Shown: piece by piece, positions 19,352 through 27,685 of the stretch
Layout: each line of letters begins with the position of its first letter
Numbering within the stretch: the stretch's first letter is position 1
Assembly (NCBI GenBank): GCA_041651035.1
Contig: JBAZKC010000002.1
Coordinates: 30,884-94,883, forward strand
Direction of reading: 5' to 3'
Source of the DNA: Candidatus Omnitrophota bacterium
GTDB lineage: Bacteria; Omnitrophota; Gorgyraeia; Gygaellales; Profunditerraquicolaceae
Length of the DNA stretch: 64,000 nucleotides
Position numbers and translations under genes: made by a program
Notes under the pieces: generated by a model
Told to the model about the DNA's origin: nothing
Seen by the model: only the letters and a program-made list of their open reading frames with translations
Databases searched by the model: none

Positions 19352-20586
19352 TGCCGAAATTCTTTTATATCGCCAGGAATAAATCAGGGGATAAAGAAAC
19401 AGGCCTTGAGGACGCGGGTAGTCAAGATGAGGTTATTGTCAAGCTGCAGGCTAAAGGTTTGCTTGTAGTGAGCGTTTCTCCTGAAAATAAGAACGGGCAG
19501 CATCCTGCTGCCCCTGAAATAACGGCAAAGGTAAAATTTAAGCCGAAACGTTCCCGTATCACAAGCGATGATATGGTCCTTTTCTGCCGGCAATTAGCCA
19601 CGCTTTTGGGCGCCGGAGTTACTATTCTTAAGAGTTTAGATATAATCTCACAGCAAGTAGCCAGCCGCAGGCTTTACATCATAATAAAGGAATTACAAAA
19701 AGATATGGAGGGGGGGCTTAGTTTTCACGAAGCAATGGCCAAACATAAGGTTGTGTTTTCGGACTTATGGATTAATTTAGTAGAGAGCGGCGAGGCGTCA
19801 GGGAATTTAGCGATGGTATTAAGCCGTTTAGCAAGCTACCTGGAAAAGGCTGCCGCGTTCAAAAAGAAATTCATCTCGGCGCTTATTTATCCGGCTATAC
19901 TTTTTATCGCCGGCTCCAGCGCGCTGCTGTTTTTGACCATCAAGATCATCCCTACCTTCGTGGAATTATTTAAAGGGTTTAAGATCAAGTTGCCTTTTTT
20001 AACCCAGGTGCTTGTGTCCGTAAGCGGTTTTGTCAGGCACTATATACTTTTTATAATTATCGCGATTGCCTTAGGTATATTCGTGCTGCGCAGGTTTATT
20101 TCCACGAAACCCGGCAGGAGGAGTTTTGAGAAATTTCTTTTTAGCCTGCCGGTATTCGGAGAATTCTTTCGGGTCCTGATCATTGAACGCTTTACTTCTG
20201 AAATGGCTACATTGGTTGAAAGCGGCGTCCCCATCTTGTATTCCCTGGAAATAGCCGAGCACAGCGTGGGTAATTTGACCCTGGGCGATATCATTCATAA
20301 TATCAAAGATGATGTGCGCGGAGGCAAGCCTTTATCACAGCCTTTGGAAAGGAGCGGTTTTTTTGATCCCATGGCGGTGCAGATGATAGCCATCGGGGAA
20401 GAAATAGGCGAGTTATCCAGTATGTTTAAGCGGTTGAACGCGTTTTACCAGGAATACGTGGATACATTCCTGACCAGGTTCGCCAGTATGTTTGAGCCGA
20501 TAATGCTTGTTTTTATGGGACTGGTAGTCGGGATCATGGTTATCGGTATGTTCCTGCCTATATTCCAGATCACCCAGATCCATTAA
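19351..20586 (+). CDS. pilC: Type IV pilus inner-membrane platform protein PilC (GspF family)
   Basis: 411 aa, two T2SSF repeats, GTG start overlapping the pilB stop. Confidence 0.9.
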   Translation: MPKFFYIARNKSGDKETGLEDAGSQDEVIVKLQAKGLLVVSVSPENKNGQHPAAPEITAKVKFKPKRSRITSDDMVLFCRQLATLLGAGVTILKSLDIISQQVASRRLYIIIKELQKDMEGGLSFHEAMAKHKVVFSDLWINLVESGEASGNLAMVLSRLASYLEKAAAFKKKFISALIYPAILFIAGSSALLFLTIKIIPTFVELFKGFKIKLPFLTQVLVSVSGFVRHYILFIIIAIALGIFVLRRFISTKPGRRSFEKFLFSLPVFGEFFRVLIIERFTSEMATLVESGVPILYSLEIAEHSVGNLTLGDIIHNIKDDVRGGKPLSQPLERSGFFDPMAVQMIAIGEEIGELSSMFKRLNAFYQEYVDTFLTRFASMFEPIMLVFMGLVVGIMVIGMFLPIFQITQIH

Positions 20587-20603
20587 CCGGATTATTTAAA
20601 TAT

Positions 20604-20632
20604 TTGACAAAATTGTTTTTAGATGATAAACT
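20604..20632 (+). promoter_or_regulatory. Candidate promoter TTGACA-17-(TGa)TAAACT upstream of the first pilin
   Basis: TTGACA at 20604-20609; extended -10-like TGATAAACT. Confidence 0.35.
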
Positions 20633-20663
20633 GTGTGGCATTAACAATAACAGGAGGTGTCAA

Positions 20664-21092
20664 ATGAGTAGGAAAGGTTTTACGTTGCTGGAGTTGATAG
20701 TAGTAATGGTTATTATCGGTGTACTGGCTACCTTAGGTTTTAATCAATACGGAAGGATGATAGAAAGGGCTCGCGGCGCTGAAGCCAGGTCAATTTTAGG
20801 GGATATCCGCAAGTACTCTGCCGCTTATTATCTGGAAAACGGCGCGGTTACAAATCTTACCGCGACCCTTGTTAATATCGGCACGGATAACGATCAAATC
20901 CCCAGCGCATGCGCTGACTCACATTATTTCAGTTACGCTCTGACTTCCCATGTAGATCCTACTATAGTAGCTACTGCTACGCGTTGCATAGCGGATGGAA
21001 AGACTCCTGATGCGGCTACAGCCTCAACGCTTATCCTTACTTCAAATATGTCTACAGGGGTAGATGCCTGGAGCGGGACTGGCGGTTATTAA
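20664..21092 (+). CDS. Type IV (major-type) pilin, prepilin N-terminal cleavage/methylation domain
   Basis: MSRKGFTLLELIVVMVIIGVLATL has the G|FTLLE class III signal. A caggaggtg RBS precedes it, and its C-terminal domain differs from the next three pilins. Confidence 0.85.
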   Translation: MSRKGFTLLELIVVMVIIGVLATLGFNQYGRMIERARGAEARSILGDIRKYSAAYYLENGAVTNLTATLVNIGTDNDQIPSACADSHYFSYALTSHVDPTIVATATRCIADGKTPDAATASTLILTSNMSTGVDAWSGTGGY

Positions 21093-21125
21093 TTTCTATA
21101 AAGACAAATAACCCGCTGGAGTACA

Positions 21126-21539
21126 ATGAAGGATAAGGGGTTTACTTTAATAGAGCTTATTGTTGTTATTATTGTCATCGGTGTTCTGGTGACTTTGACT
21201 TTTACCCATTATGGCTCATACACGGAACGCGCTTTAAATAAAGAGGCCCAGGCAAACCTAAGGTTGATCATAGCGGCAGAACGCAATACTAGAGTAGAAA
21301 CAGGCGATTACTATGCCAGCGATTCCACTCAACCTACGGCAATAAATAATATAAATACTAATCTAAGGCTATCCCTTTCAGCGGCAACTAACCGAAAGTG
21401 GGATTACGTCACTACGGTTGATAACGCGGCTGATCCTCCTACCTGTTGTGCTCAGGCAACGAGGAATGGCGATGATTCCAGGACTTATAGGATCCGTGAT
21501 ACCGAAGACAACCCGGTCGCAGACGGTACTTGTCCATAG
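21126..21539 (+). CDS. Type IV pilin paralog A
   Basis: MKDKGFTLIELIVV..; C-terminal CCAQATRNGDDSRTYRIRDTEDNPVADGTCP disulfide loop. Confidence 0.85.
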   Translation: MKDKGFTLIELIVVIIVIGVLVTLTFTHYGSYTERALNKEAQANLRLIIAAERNTRVETGDYYASDSTQPTAINNINTNLRLSLSAATNRKWDYVTTVDNAADPPTCCAQATRNGDDSRTYRIRDTEDNPVADGTCP

Positions 21540-21572
21540 ACAGCCGACCTTTCGTAAGGCGCCCAAAATAAA

Positions 21573-22049
21573 ATGCGTAAAAAAAGCCTTACCTTTGCTC
21601 CCATACCCGGAAAACAGAGAATAAATACGCCGGCAGCGCGCGGTTTTACTTTGATGGAGATCCTGGTGGTTATTATTATAGTAGCTATTCTGGCAACTTT
21701 GGCTATAAACCAATACCGTTCATATAAGGAACATGAACTGGATAAAGAGGCGCAGGCAACCCTAAGGTTGATTATGGGGGCAGAAAAGATCTACCGCATG
21801 GAGATAGGCGGTTACTATGCCAGTGGTCCCACTCAACCTACGGCAATAAGCAATATAAATACTAATTTAAGGTTATCTATTTCTACGGCAACTAACCGGA
21901 ACTGGGACTATATCACTACAGCCGATAACGCGTCTCCTATTCCTGTTAGCTGTACTCAGGCTACAAGGAATGAGGATGAAACTGACGCCAGGACTTATAG
22001 GATACGCAATACTGAAGATGATCCTGTCGCGAACAGTATTTGTCCATAA
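21573..22049 (+). CDS. Type IV pilin paralog B with a 19-aa insertion in the leader
   Basis: MRKKSLTFAPIPGKQRINTPAARGFTLMEILVV..; the C-terminal motif CTQATRNEDETDARTYRIRNTEDDPVANSICP is shared with paralogs A and C. Confidence 0.8.
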   Translation: MRKKSLTFAPIPGKQRINTPAARGFTLMEILVVIIIVAILATLAINQYRSYKEHELDKEAQATLRLIMGAEKIYRMEIGGYYASGPTQPTAISNINTNLRLSISTATNRNWDYITTADNASPIPVSCTQATRNEDETDARTYRIRNTEDDPVANSICP

Positions 22050-22063
22050 GGGATACCCACAAA

Positions 22064-22477
22064 ATGCGTAAAAAAGGCCTTACCTTGATGGAACTCCTGG
22101 CGGTTATTGTTATAGTCGGTGTTTTAGCAACTTTGGGTTTAGGCCAATACCGTTTATACAAGGAACGTGAATTAGATAAAGAGGCGCAGGCAAACTTAAG
22201 GTTGATTACGGGGGCAGAAAAGATCTACCGCATGGAGGCAGGCAGTTACTATCCTTATATTGGAGGCACTGTTGACAACATGGCCAGTATTAATACTGAC
22301 TTAGGTTTGCTTTTGCCTACAGGCTCCGGCCGCGCGTGGAATTATCTTACGATAGCTACTGTCAGCCCCGCTGCTTTCTGCGCTCAGGCCACAAGGAATG
22401 AGGATGAGGATGACGCCAGGACTCATAGAATACGCAATACCGAAGACGATCCGGTTGCGGACGCTATTTGTCCATAG
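22064..22477 (+). CDS. Type IV pilin paralog C
   Basis: MRKKGLTLMELLAV.. and the C-terminal CAQATRNEDEDDARTHRIRNTEDDPVADAICP. The junction sequence tgtccata-N-cacaaaatgcgtaaaaaagg is repeated before paralogs B and C. Confidence 0.85.
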   Translation: MRKKGLTLMELLAVIVIVGVLATLGLGQYRLYKERELDKEAQANLRLITGAEKIYRMEAGSYYPYIGGTVDNMASINTDLGLLLPTGSGRAWNYLTIATVSPAAFCAQATRNEDEDDARTHRIRNTEDDPVADAICP

Positions 22478-22491
22478 AGGATATTCACAAA

Positions 22492-22878
22492 ATGCGTAAA
22501 AAAGGCTTTACTTTGATCGAAGTAGTTGTTGCTATGATCATCATATTAATTACATTGACTGGCCTGATACATTTATTTGTCGCCGGGAAGAAATTGATTT
22601 TACATAGCCACGCCAGGATGACCGTAGGGGAGTTAGGAAAGGTTTTTATGGACCCCTTGCAGATGCAGGTGCGCCAGGATACCTGGGATGTGGCAGGCAA
22701 TTCGTTGTTGATTGTTACGGGCGCGGATAGCACAACCTGGACAGGGGCCGCGGAAGGCTTAAATGGGATTGATTTTACTCCTGATTATACTGTAGCCAGA
22801 GTTAAGGATGCCAGCAGTAATGATACGGGTTTGCGCCGCGTAACAGTAACTGTCCAATGGGAGGAACCTTCACCGTAA
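22492..22878 (+). CDS. Minor pilin (prepilin-type N-terminus)
   Basis: MRKKGFTLIEVVVAMIIIL.. class III signal; the C-terminus is unrelated to the major pilins. Confidence 0.75.
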   Translation: MRKKGFTLIEVVVAMIIILITLTGLIHLFVAGKKLILHSHARMTVGELGKVFMDPLQMQVRQDTWDVAGNSLLIVTGADSTTWTGAAEGLNGIDFTPDYTVARVKDASSNDTGLRRVTVTVQWEEPSP

Positions 22879-22886
22879 TTTAGCCT

Positions 22887-23561
22887 ATGAAGCGTATAAT
22901 TAAAGCGGTAACTCTTATGGAACTATTGATCGCCTTGGTTTTACTGGCGATCATTGTTTTAGGTATCGGCCAGATCGATATCTTTAGCAATCTCCATGTG
23001 TTAGGCACAGAGCGCCGGGCAAAGATAGATAACGAGATATCGCTGGCTTTAACCCATATGACTAAAGGTATTTCTAAGGCCATTGGTAATGAGGTATCCG
23101 GCGGAGCCAATTCAGTCGTAAATATCGCTAATGTTGGCGATTATACCGCGATAAGGGCTTATGTGGATACGGCTGACGATTATGTTTCAGCCGGAGACGG
23201 GCAAACAGGCACGCAAGGAGACCACTGGATCGCCTATGAATTTACAGGTACCGTTGCTTCTGATCCCGCTAACCGGTACCAGATCTGGTATTGCCCTCGG
23301 TGCACAGACAGCTCTTGCGTTACTTGCAATACCGCCTGGGGGACCGCAGGTAATACTATAGCCAGGAATATCAGCGCGGTTACTATTACTAAACCGGTGG
23401 ATAGCTCCAGCCAACTCAATAATAATTATGTAACGATAGAGATTACAGGCTGCTGGGATCCTGCAACTGTGGATGTAACGATTAATCATAACGGAACCAG
23501 GCTTAATCCTTGTGTCGATATGAATAGCCGCATTAATATGCCTTCCGTTTCTGTTAATTAA
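22887..23561 (+). CDS. Minor pilin-like protein (prepilin-like N-terminus, AVTLMELL)
   Basis: 224 aa with N-terminus KAVTLMELLIALVLLAIIVLGI (Glu at +5); the C-terminal domain is Cys-containing. Confidence 0.65.
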   Translation: MKRIIKAVTLMELLIALVLLAIIVLGIGQIDIFSNLHVLGTERRAKIDNEISLALTHMTKGISKAIGNEVSGGANSVVNIANVGDYTAIRAYVDTADDYVSAGDGQTGTQGDHWIAYEFTGTVASDPANRYQIWYCPRCTDSSCVTCNTAWGTAGNTIARNISAVTITKPVDSSSQLNNNYVTIEITGCWDPATVDVTINHNGTRLNPCVDMNSRINMPSVSVN

Positions 23562-23562
23562 T

Positions 23563-23590
23563 TTGCCCCGTTAGAAATTAATGGTATAAT
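23563..23590 (+). promoter_or_regulatory. Promoter TTGCCC-16-TGgTATAAT (extended -10) for tRNA-Ala
   Basis: TTGCCC at 23563-23568 and TATAAT at 23585-23590, preceded by TGg. Confidence 0.55.
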
Positions 23591-23614
23591 GTGTGTCCCT
23601 AAAGATAATTTTAC

Positions 23615-23690
23615 GGGGCAGTAGCTCAGTTGGGAGAGCGTCGCGTTCGCATCGCGAAGGCCGTGGGTTCGAATCCCATCTGCTCCACCA
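23615..23690 (+). tRNA. tRNA-Ala (anticodon CGC)
   Basis: 76 nt cloverleaf folded by hand: acceptor GGGGCAG/CUGCUCC with a G3:U70 wobble (the Ala identity element), D-arm GCUCAGUUGGGAGAGC, anticodon loop UUCGCAU, T-loop GUUCGAAUCC, encoded CCA, then a T6 tract. Confidence 0.9.
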
Positions 23691-23700
23691 TTTTTTGAGC

Positions 23701-24834
23701 ATGAAGAATATTTTAAGGTTAAGTTTAGGGCTGTTTTTTCTTCTGGGTTTGATCAGTGTTTGTTTCTATTTTCAAGATATTCCCACGCCGCCTTTTTCAA
23801 TAGCAGCCCAATCTCAAGAATCCGGATCTAAAGAAGCGCTTTTTTATCAACGGCTGGATAACAAAGCTGTCCAATGCCGATTATGCCCGCGGAATTGCTT
23901 CATACCTGAAGGCGGCCGCGGATTTTGCGGGGTAAGGGAAAATCAGGAAGGGGTATTGTATGCTCTTTCTTACGCTAAAGCCGTTGCCATACATATTGAT
24001 CCTATCGAAAAAAAGCCTTTATTCCATTTCTTACCGTCTACTGCCGCCTTTTCTGTTGCCACCGCGGGCTGTAACTTAAGGTGTAAATTCTGCCAGAACT
24101 GGGAGATCTCTCAGAAGCGTCCGGAAGAAGTTGATTATGTGTATCTTGAACCGGAGGAATTAATCAGGAAGGCCCAGGAATCCGGCTCTCCGGTGATAGC
24201 TTATACCTATACCGAACCTACCATATTTTACGAATATATGCTTAAGACCGCTAAGCTTGCGCGCGCCCGGGGAATAAAAAATGTCATACATTCCGCGGGC
24301 TATATTAACGAGGAGCCCTTGAGGCAATTAGTAAAGTATATTGATGCCGCTAATATTGATTTAAAAGGTTTTAGTAATGATTATTATGCCCAGATGTCGG
24401 AGGCGACATTAGAGCCTGTCCTTAGGACCTTAAAGATATTAAAAGACGCGGGCGTGCATCTGGAAATTACCAATTTGGTGCTGGCCGGTTATAATGACAG
24501 CGCGGATGCAATTGCTAAAATGTGCCTGTGGATAAAGGAAAATTTAGGCAGTGACACGCCAATACATTTTTCCCGGTTTTTCCCGATGTATAAAATGCTT
24601 AGCCTTGATCCCACGCCGGTTGAGACTTTAGAGAAGGCAAGGAAGATCGCCCTGGATTCCGGATTAAAATATGTGTATATAGGTAACGTCGCTGGACACA
24701 CCGGAGAGAATACCTATTGCCCTAAATGTAAAAGCATAGTTATCCAGCGCAGGGGCTATTTTATCTTACAGAATAATATTAAAGATGGAAAATGCAGGTT
24801 TTGCGGTGAAAAGATTGACGGGGTTTGGAATTAG
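23701..24834 (+). CDS. amrS: AmmeMemoRadiSam system radical SAM enzyme
   Basis: ATG at 23701 (the track ORF started inside the tRNA). CRLCPRNC and GFCGVREN, then CNLRCKFCQNWEIS (the CxxxCxxC radical SAM cluster), resembling the pyruvate formate-lyase-activase-like AmrS family. Confidence 0.85.
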   Translation: MKNILRLSLGLFFLLGLISVCFYFQDIPTPPFSIAAQSQESGSKEALFYQRLDNKAVQCRLCPRNCFIPEGGRGFCGVRENQEGVLYALSYAKAVAIHIDPIEKKPLFHFLPSTAAFSVATAGCNLRCKFCQNWEISQKRPEEVDYVYLEPEELIRKAQESGSPVIAYTYTEPTIFYEYMLKTAKLARARGIKNVIHSAGYINEEPLRQLVKYIDAANIDLKGFSNDYYAQMSEATLEPVLRTLKILKDAGVHLEITNLVLAGYNDSADAIAKMCLWIKENLGSDTPIHFSRFFPMYKMLSLDPTPVETLEKARKIALDSGLKYVYIGNVAGHTGENTYCPKCKSIVIQRRGYFILQNNIKDGKCRFCGEKIDGVWN

Positions 24835-26287
24835 ATTTATCCCCGCCCTGATTGCTTTTATAGCGCTTATCTCATCCGGCGCCTTGGCCCAGGATGTTAA
24901 ACAGCCCAATGCCGCCGGCACATTCTATCCTGATAACCCCGCGGAATTATCGCGTATGATCCAGGGTTTTCTGGAAACGGCAGATCCTGCTCAACAGGAA
25001 GGCCGGTTATTCGCTTTGATCTTACCACACGCTGGCTATGGTTTTTCCGGGCCAACCGCGGCCGCGGGCTTTAAGCTTATACAAGATAAAGCCTACAAAA
25101 CCGTAATTATAATCGGCACAGGCCACCGTTATAGTTTTAGCGGGGTATCTGTTTATCCTGAAGGGATATTCCGCACGCCTTTAGGCGATTTGGAGGTAGA
25201 TAAGGAATTCACGCGGCAGCTGCTCAATAAAGACAAAGAAATATTCTTCCAGCCCCGGGCCTTTGAAAATGAACATAGTGTTGAAGTTCAGTTGCCGTTT
25301 TTGCAGAAAGTTTTATCAGGTTTTAAGATAGTCCCCATAGTTACGGGAGACTGCACACTTGATGTTTGTAAAAAATTAGCGGAATTATTAAAAATAGCTA
25401 TTGGCAGCCGCAGCGACGTTTTAGTCATTGCCTCAACCGATATGTATCATGGTTATGATTACCAGGAGGCTGACACAGTTGATAACTTAACTTTGTCTTA
25501 TTTAAAGAATATGGACGCGGAAGGCCTGTATTACGGCCTGCGCGAACGTAAATTAGAGCTTTGCGGAGGGTTCGGGGTAGTTTCTACGATTATCTTAGCA
25601 AAAGATTTAGGGCATAAAAAGCTGGATGTCTTAAAGCATACCAATTCCGCTATGGTGACCGGAAAAATGGTTAAAGGCACCTGGACCGTAGGTTATGCCA
25701 GTTGTGCCATAGACAAAGAAGAAGGAGGCGCTGCTTTGTTAAACAAAAATCAGAGAAAAAGGCTGCTGGAGATCGCGCGGGGATCCATTAAAACATATTT
25801 AACTACAGGCAAGAAAACGGAAATTAGTGAAGCAGATCCGGTATTACTTAAAGAAATGGGCGCTTTTGTTACTTTAAACGAAGGCGGCCGGTTACGTGGT
25901 TGTATCGGCAATATTGTGGCAAGAGCTCCGTTGTATCTTACGGTCAGGGATATGGCTGTTGAAGCGGCAGTAGGCGACCCCCGTTTTCCGCAGGTAAATT
26001 TATCCGAACTTAAAGATATTGAAATTGAAATATCAGCGCTTTCTCCTTTAGAAAGGATAGACTCGGCTGAGAAAATAAAATTAGGCACTCACGGAGTTAT
26101 CGTAAAAAAAGGTTTTAACAGCGGCGTATTCCTTCCCCAGGTAGCTACAGAGACCGGCTGGTCAAAAGAAGAGTTCTTGTCTAATCTGTGTTCTCATAAA
26201 GCCGGCCTCTCTGCGGATGCCTGGAAAGATAAGTCTACCGAGGTCTATATATTTACTGCCGAAGTCTTCTCGGAAACTAGTTACTAA
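24785..26287 (+). CDS. amrB: AmmeMemoRadiSam system protein B (Memo-like) fused to protein A (AMMECR1 domain)
   Basis: 500 aa. The N-terminal ~300 aa are Memo-like (LILPHAGYGFSGPTAA.. HxGYxxSG) and the C-terminal ~190 aa are AMMECR1 (GAFVTLNEGGRLRGCIGNI). A hydrophobic segment sits at the extreme N-terminus. The start overlaps the amrS end. Confidence 0.8.
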   Translation: MENAGFAVKRLTGFGIRFIPALIAFIALISSGALAQDVKQPNAAGTFYPDNPAELSRMIQGFLETADPAQQEGRLFALILPHAGYGFSGPTAAAGFKLIQDKAYKTVIIIGTGHRYSFSGVSVYPEGIFRTPLGDLEVDKEFTRQLLNKDKEIFFQPRAFENEHSVEVQLPFLQKVLSGFKIVPIVTGDCTLDVCKKLAELLKIAIGSRSDVLVIASTDMYHGYDYQEADTVDNLTLSYLKNMDAEGLYYGLRERKLELCGGFGVVSTIILAKDLGHKKLDVLKHTNSAMVTGKMVKGTWTVGYASCAIDKEEGGAALLNKNQRKRLLEIARGSIKTYLTTGKKTEISEADPVLLKEMGAFVTLNEGGRLRGCIGNIVARAPLYLTVRDMAVEAAVGDPRFPQVNLSELKDIEIEISALSPLERIDSAEKIKLGTHGVIVKKGFNSGVFLPQVATETGWSKEEFLSNLCSHKAGLSADAWKDKSTEVYIFTAEVFSETSY

Positions 26288-26290
26288 AAT

Positions 26291-26944
26291 ATGACGAAGA
26301 TAATTATCAGCCTGTTTTTAACAGGCTTGTTATTCGGATCAGGCCCTTGTATGGCAAGCTGCGGCCCTTTTCTTATTAGTTATATCGCGGGATCCGGGAA
26401 AAGTATCACCAAGGGGATCATGGCTTATATTTTATTTTCTTTAGCCCGGATACTTGTGTATGTTGCCCTGGCTTTAGCGGTTTTCTTTTTAAGTAGTATC
26501 GCGGTAGAGAACTTATTGGGCGGTTTATATAAATATATCCTTATAGCAGGAGGCGGTTTTATAGCTATTATTGGTTTATTTATGTCTTTTGGAAAAAAGC
26601 TGGAATTCAGGCCGTGGCAGACCTTGTATAAGAATTTATTTGAACGCGATAAAAAAAGTGTTTTTGCTGTTGGGTTAATGATCGGGCTCCTGCCTTGCGC
26701 GCCGCTTTTATCAGTACTTTCTTATGTAGGCTTAGTTTCGCGGACGTGGCAGGCAAGCTTATTATATTCTCTTTCCTTCGGCATAGGCACTTTTGTATCT
26801 CCGTTGCTGTTACTGGTTATTTTCGCAGGCGCGATACCGCGTTTGCTGCCGGACAAGAAAGCAGCTTATCATAAGATATTTACTTTTATTTGCGGTTTAA
26901 TAATTATATTCTTAGGGGTTCAATTAATTCTAAAGGGATTTTAG
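26291..26944 (+). CDS. Integral membrane protein, DsbD_2 / TauE-SafE-like family
   Basis: 217 aa, ~6 TM helices, GSGPCMASCGPF and LLPCAPL Cys motifs within the TM helices. Confidence 0.45.
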   Translation: MTKIIISLFLTGLLFGSGPCMASCGPFLISYIAGSGKSITKGIMAYILFSLARILVYVALALAVFFLSSIAVENLLGGLYKYILIAGGGFIAIIGLFMSFGKKLEFRPWQTLYKNLFERDKKSVFAVGLMIGLLPCAPLLSVLSYVGLVSRTWQASLLYSLSFGIGTFVSPLLLLVIFAGAIPRLLPDKKAAYHKIFTFICGLIIIFLGVQLILKGF

Positions 26945-27685
26945 ATGAACAGACTTTATTCTCCTTCTCAAAGTGTTTCCGGTGATACTATAACCTTTGA
27001 CAATAAAGAGCAGGTCCATCATGCCAGAAATGTTTTAAGGCTTAAAGTAAATGAGGAAGTTATAATATTTGACGATAAGGGCAATGAGTACTTCTGTGCT
27101 GTAGAGAAAATACTTCCGGAAAGTATTATTTTTAAGGTTAAAGAAAGAAAGGTTCCTATCAATACACTATCAAAGGTCAAGATCACAGTTGCCTGCGCTA
27201 TACCCAAAGCTTCTCATATGGATGACATTGTTGATAAGCTTACACAATTAGGGGTAGGCGCGATCATCCCTATGGAGACCGAGCGTGTGATCGTAAAGCT
27301 GGATAAGCGCAAGAAAATCTTACGCCAGGAGCGATGGGAGAAGATCATTCTAAACGCAAGCCAGCAAAGCCAGAGAAATACTTTAGCTGTATTAGAGCCG
27401 GTAAAGAAGATGGAGGGGGTGTTATCCGAATCAGCCGGTTACGATTTAAAACTGATACCCGCCTTGATAGGGGATAGGAAGCCGCTAAAAGAAGTCCTGG
27501 GTAAATATAAGCCAAAGAATATACTGGTATTAATAGGCCCCGAAGGTGATTTTACCGTCGAGGAAGTTGATTTAGCAATAAAATCCGGTTTTATACCGGT
27601 TACATTAGGGGATTCGGTCCTGCGCGTGGAAACCGCCGCTGTTAGTGTTGCGGCTTTTATCCGGCTATATTATGAAAACAGTTAA
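26945..27685 (+). CDS. rsmE: 16S rRNA (uracil1498-N3)-methyltransferase
   Basis: 246 aa, RsmE family layout (PUA-like N-domain, SPOUT C-domain ..LIGPEGDFT..). Confidence 0.8.
   Translation: MNRLYSPSQSVSGDTITFDNKEQVHHARNVLRLKVNEEVIIFDDKGNEYFCAVEKILPESIIFKVKERKVPINTLSKVKITVACAIPKASHMDDIVDKLTQLGVGAIIPMETERVIVKLDKRKKILRQERWEKIILNASQQSQRNTLAVLEPVKKMEGVLSESAGYDLKLIPALIGDRKPLKEVLGKYKPKNILVLIGPEGDFTVEEVDLAIKSGFIPVTLGDSVLRVETAAVSVAAFIRLYYENS

Noticed and set aside
20630-20660. Possible sigma54 (-24/-12) promoter TGGCAT..N..upstream of the major pilin
   Set aside because: GG is present but there is no GC at the -12 position with correct spacing; a sigma70-like TTGACA-17-TAAACT fits better
21418-21624. 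68-aa + strand ORF spanning the pilin A/B junction
   Set aside because: Out-of-frame overlap of two pilin genes with clear prepilin signatures
23161-23489. Small + and minus ORFs inside the minor pilin gene
   Set aside because: Overlap a longer ORF with a prepilin-type N-terminus
23593-23700. ORF-track start of the radical SAM gene inside the tRNA-Ala
   Set aside because: Translation through a tRNA gene is implausible; the internal ATG at 23701 follows the tRNA terminator and gives a normal AmrS N-terminus
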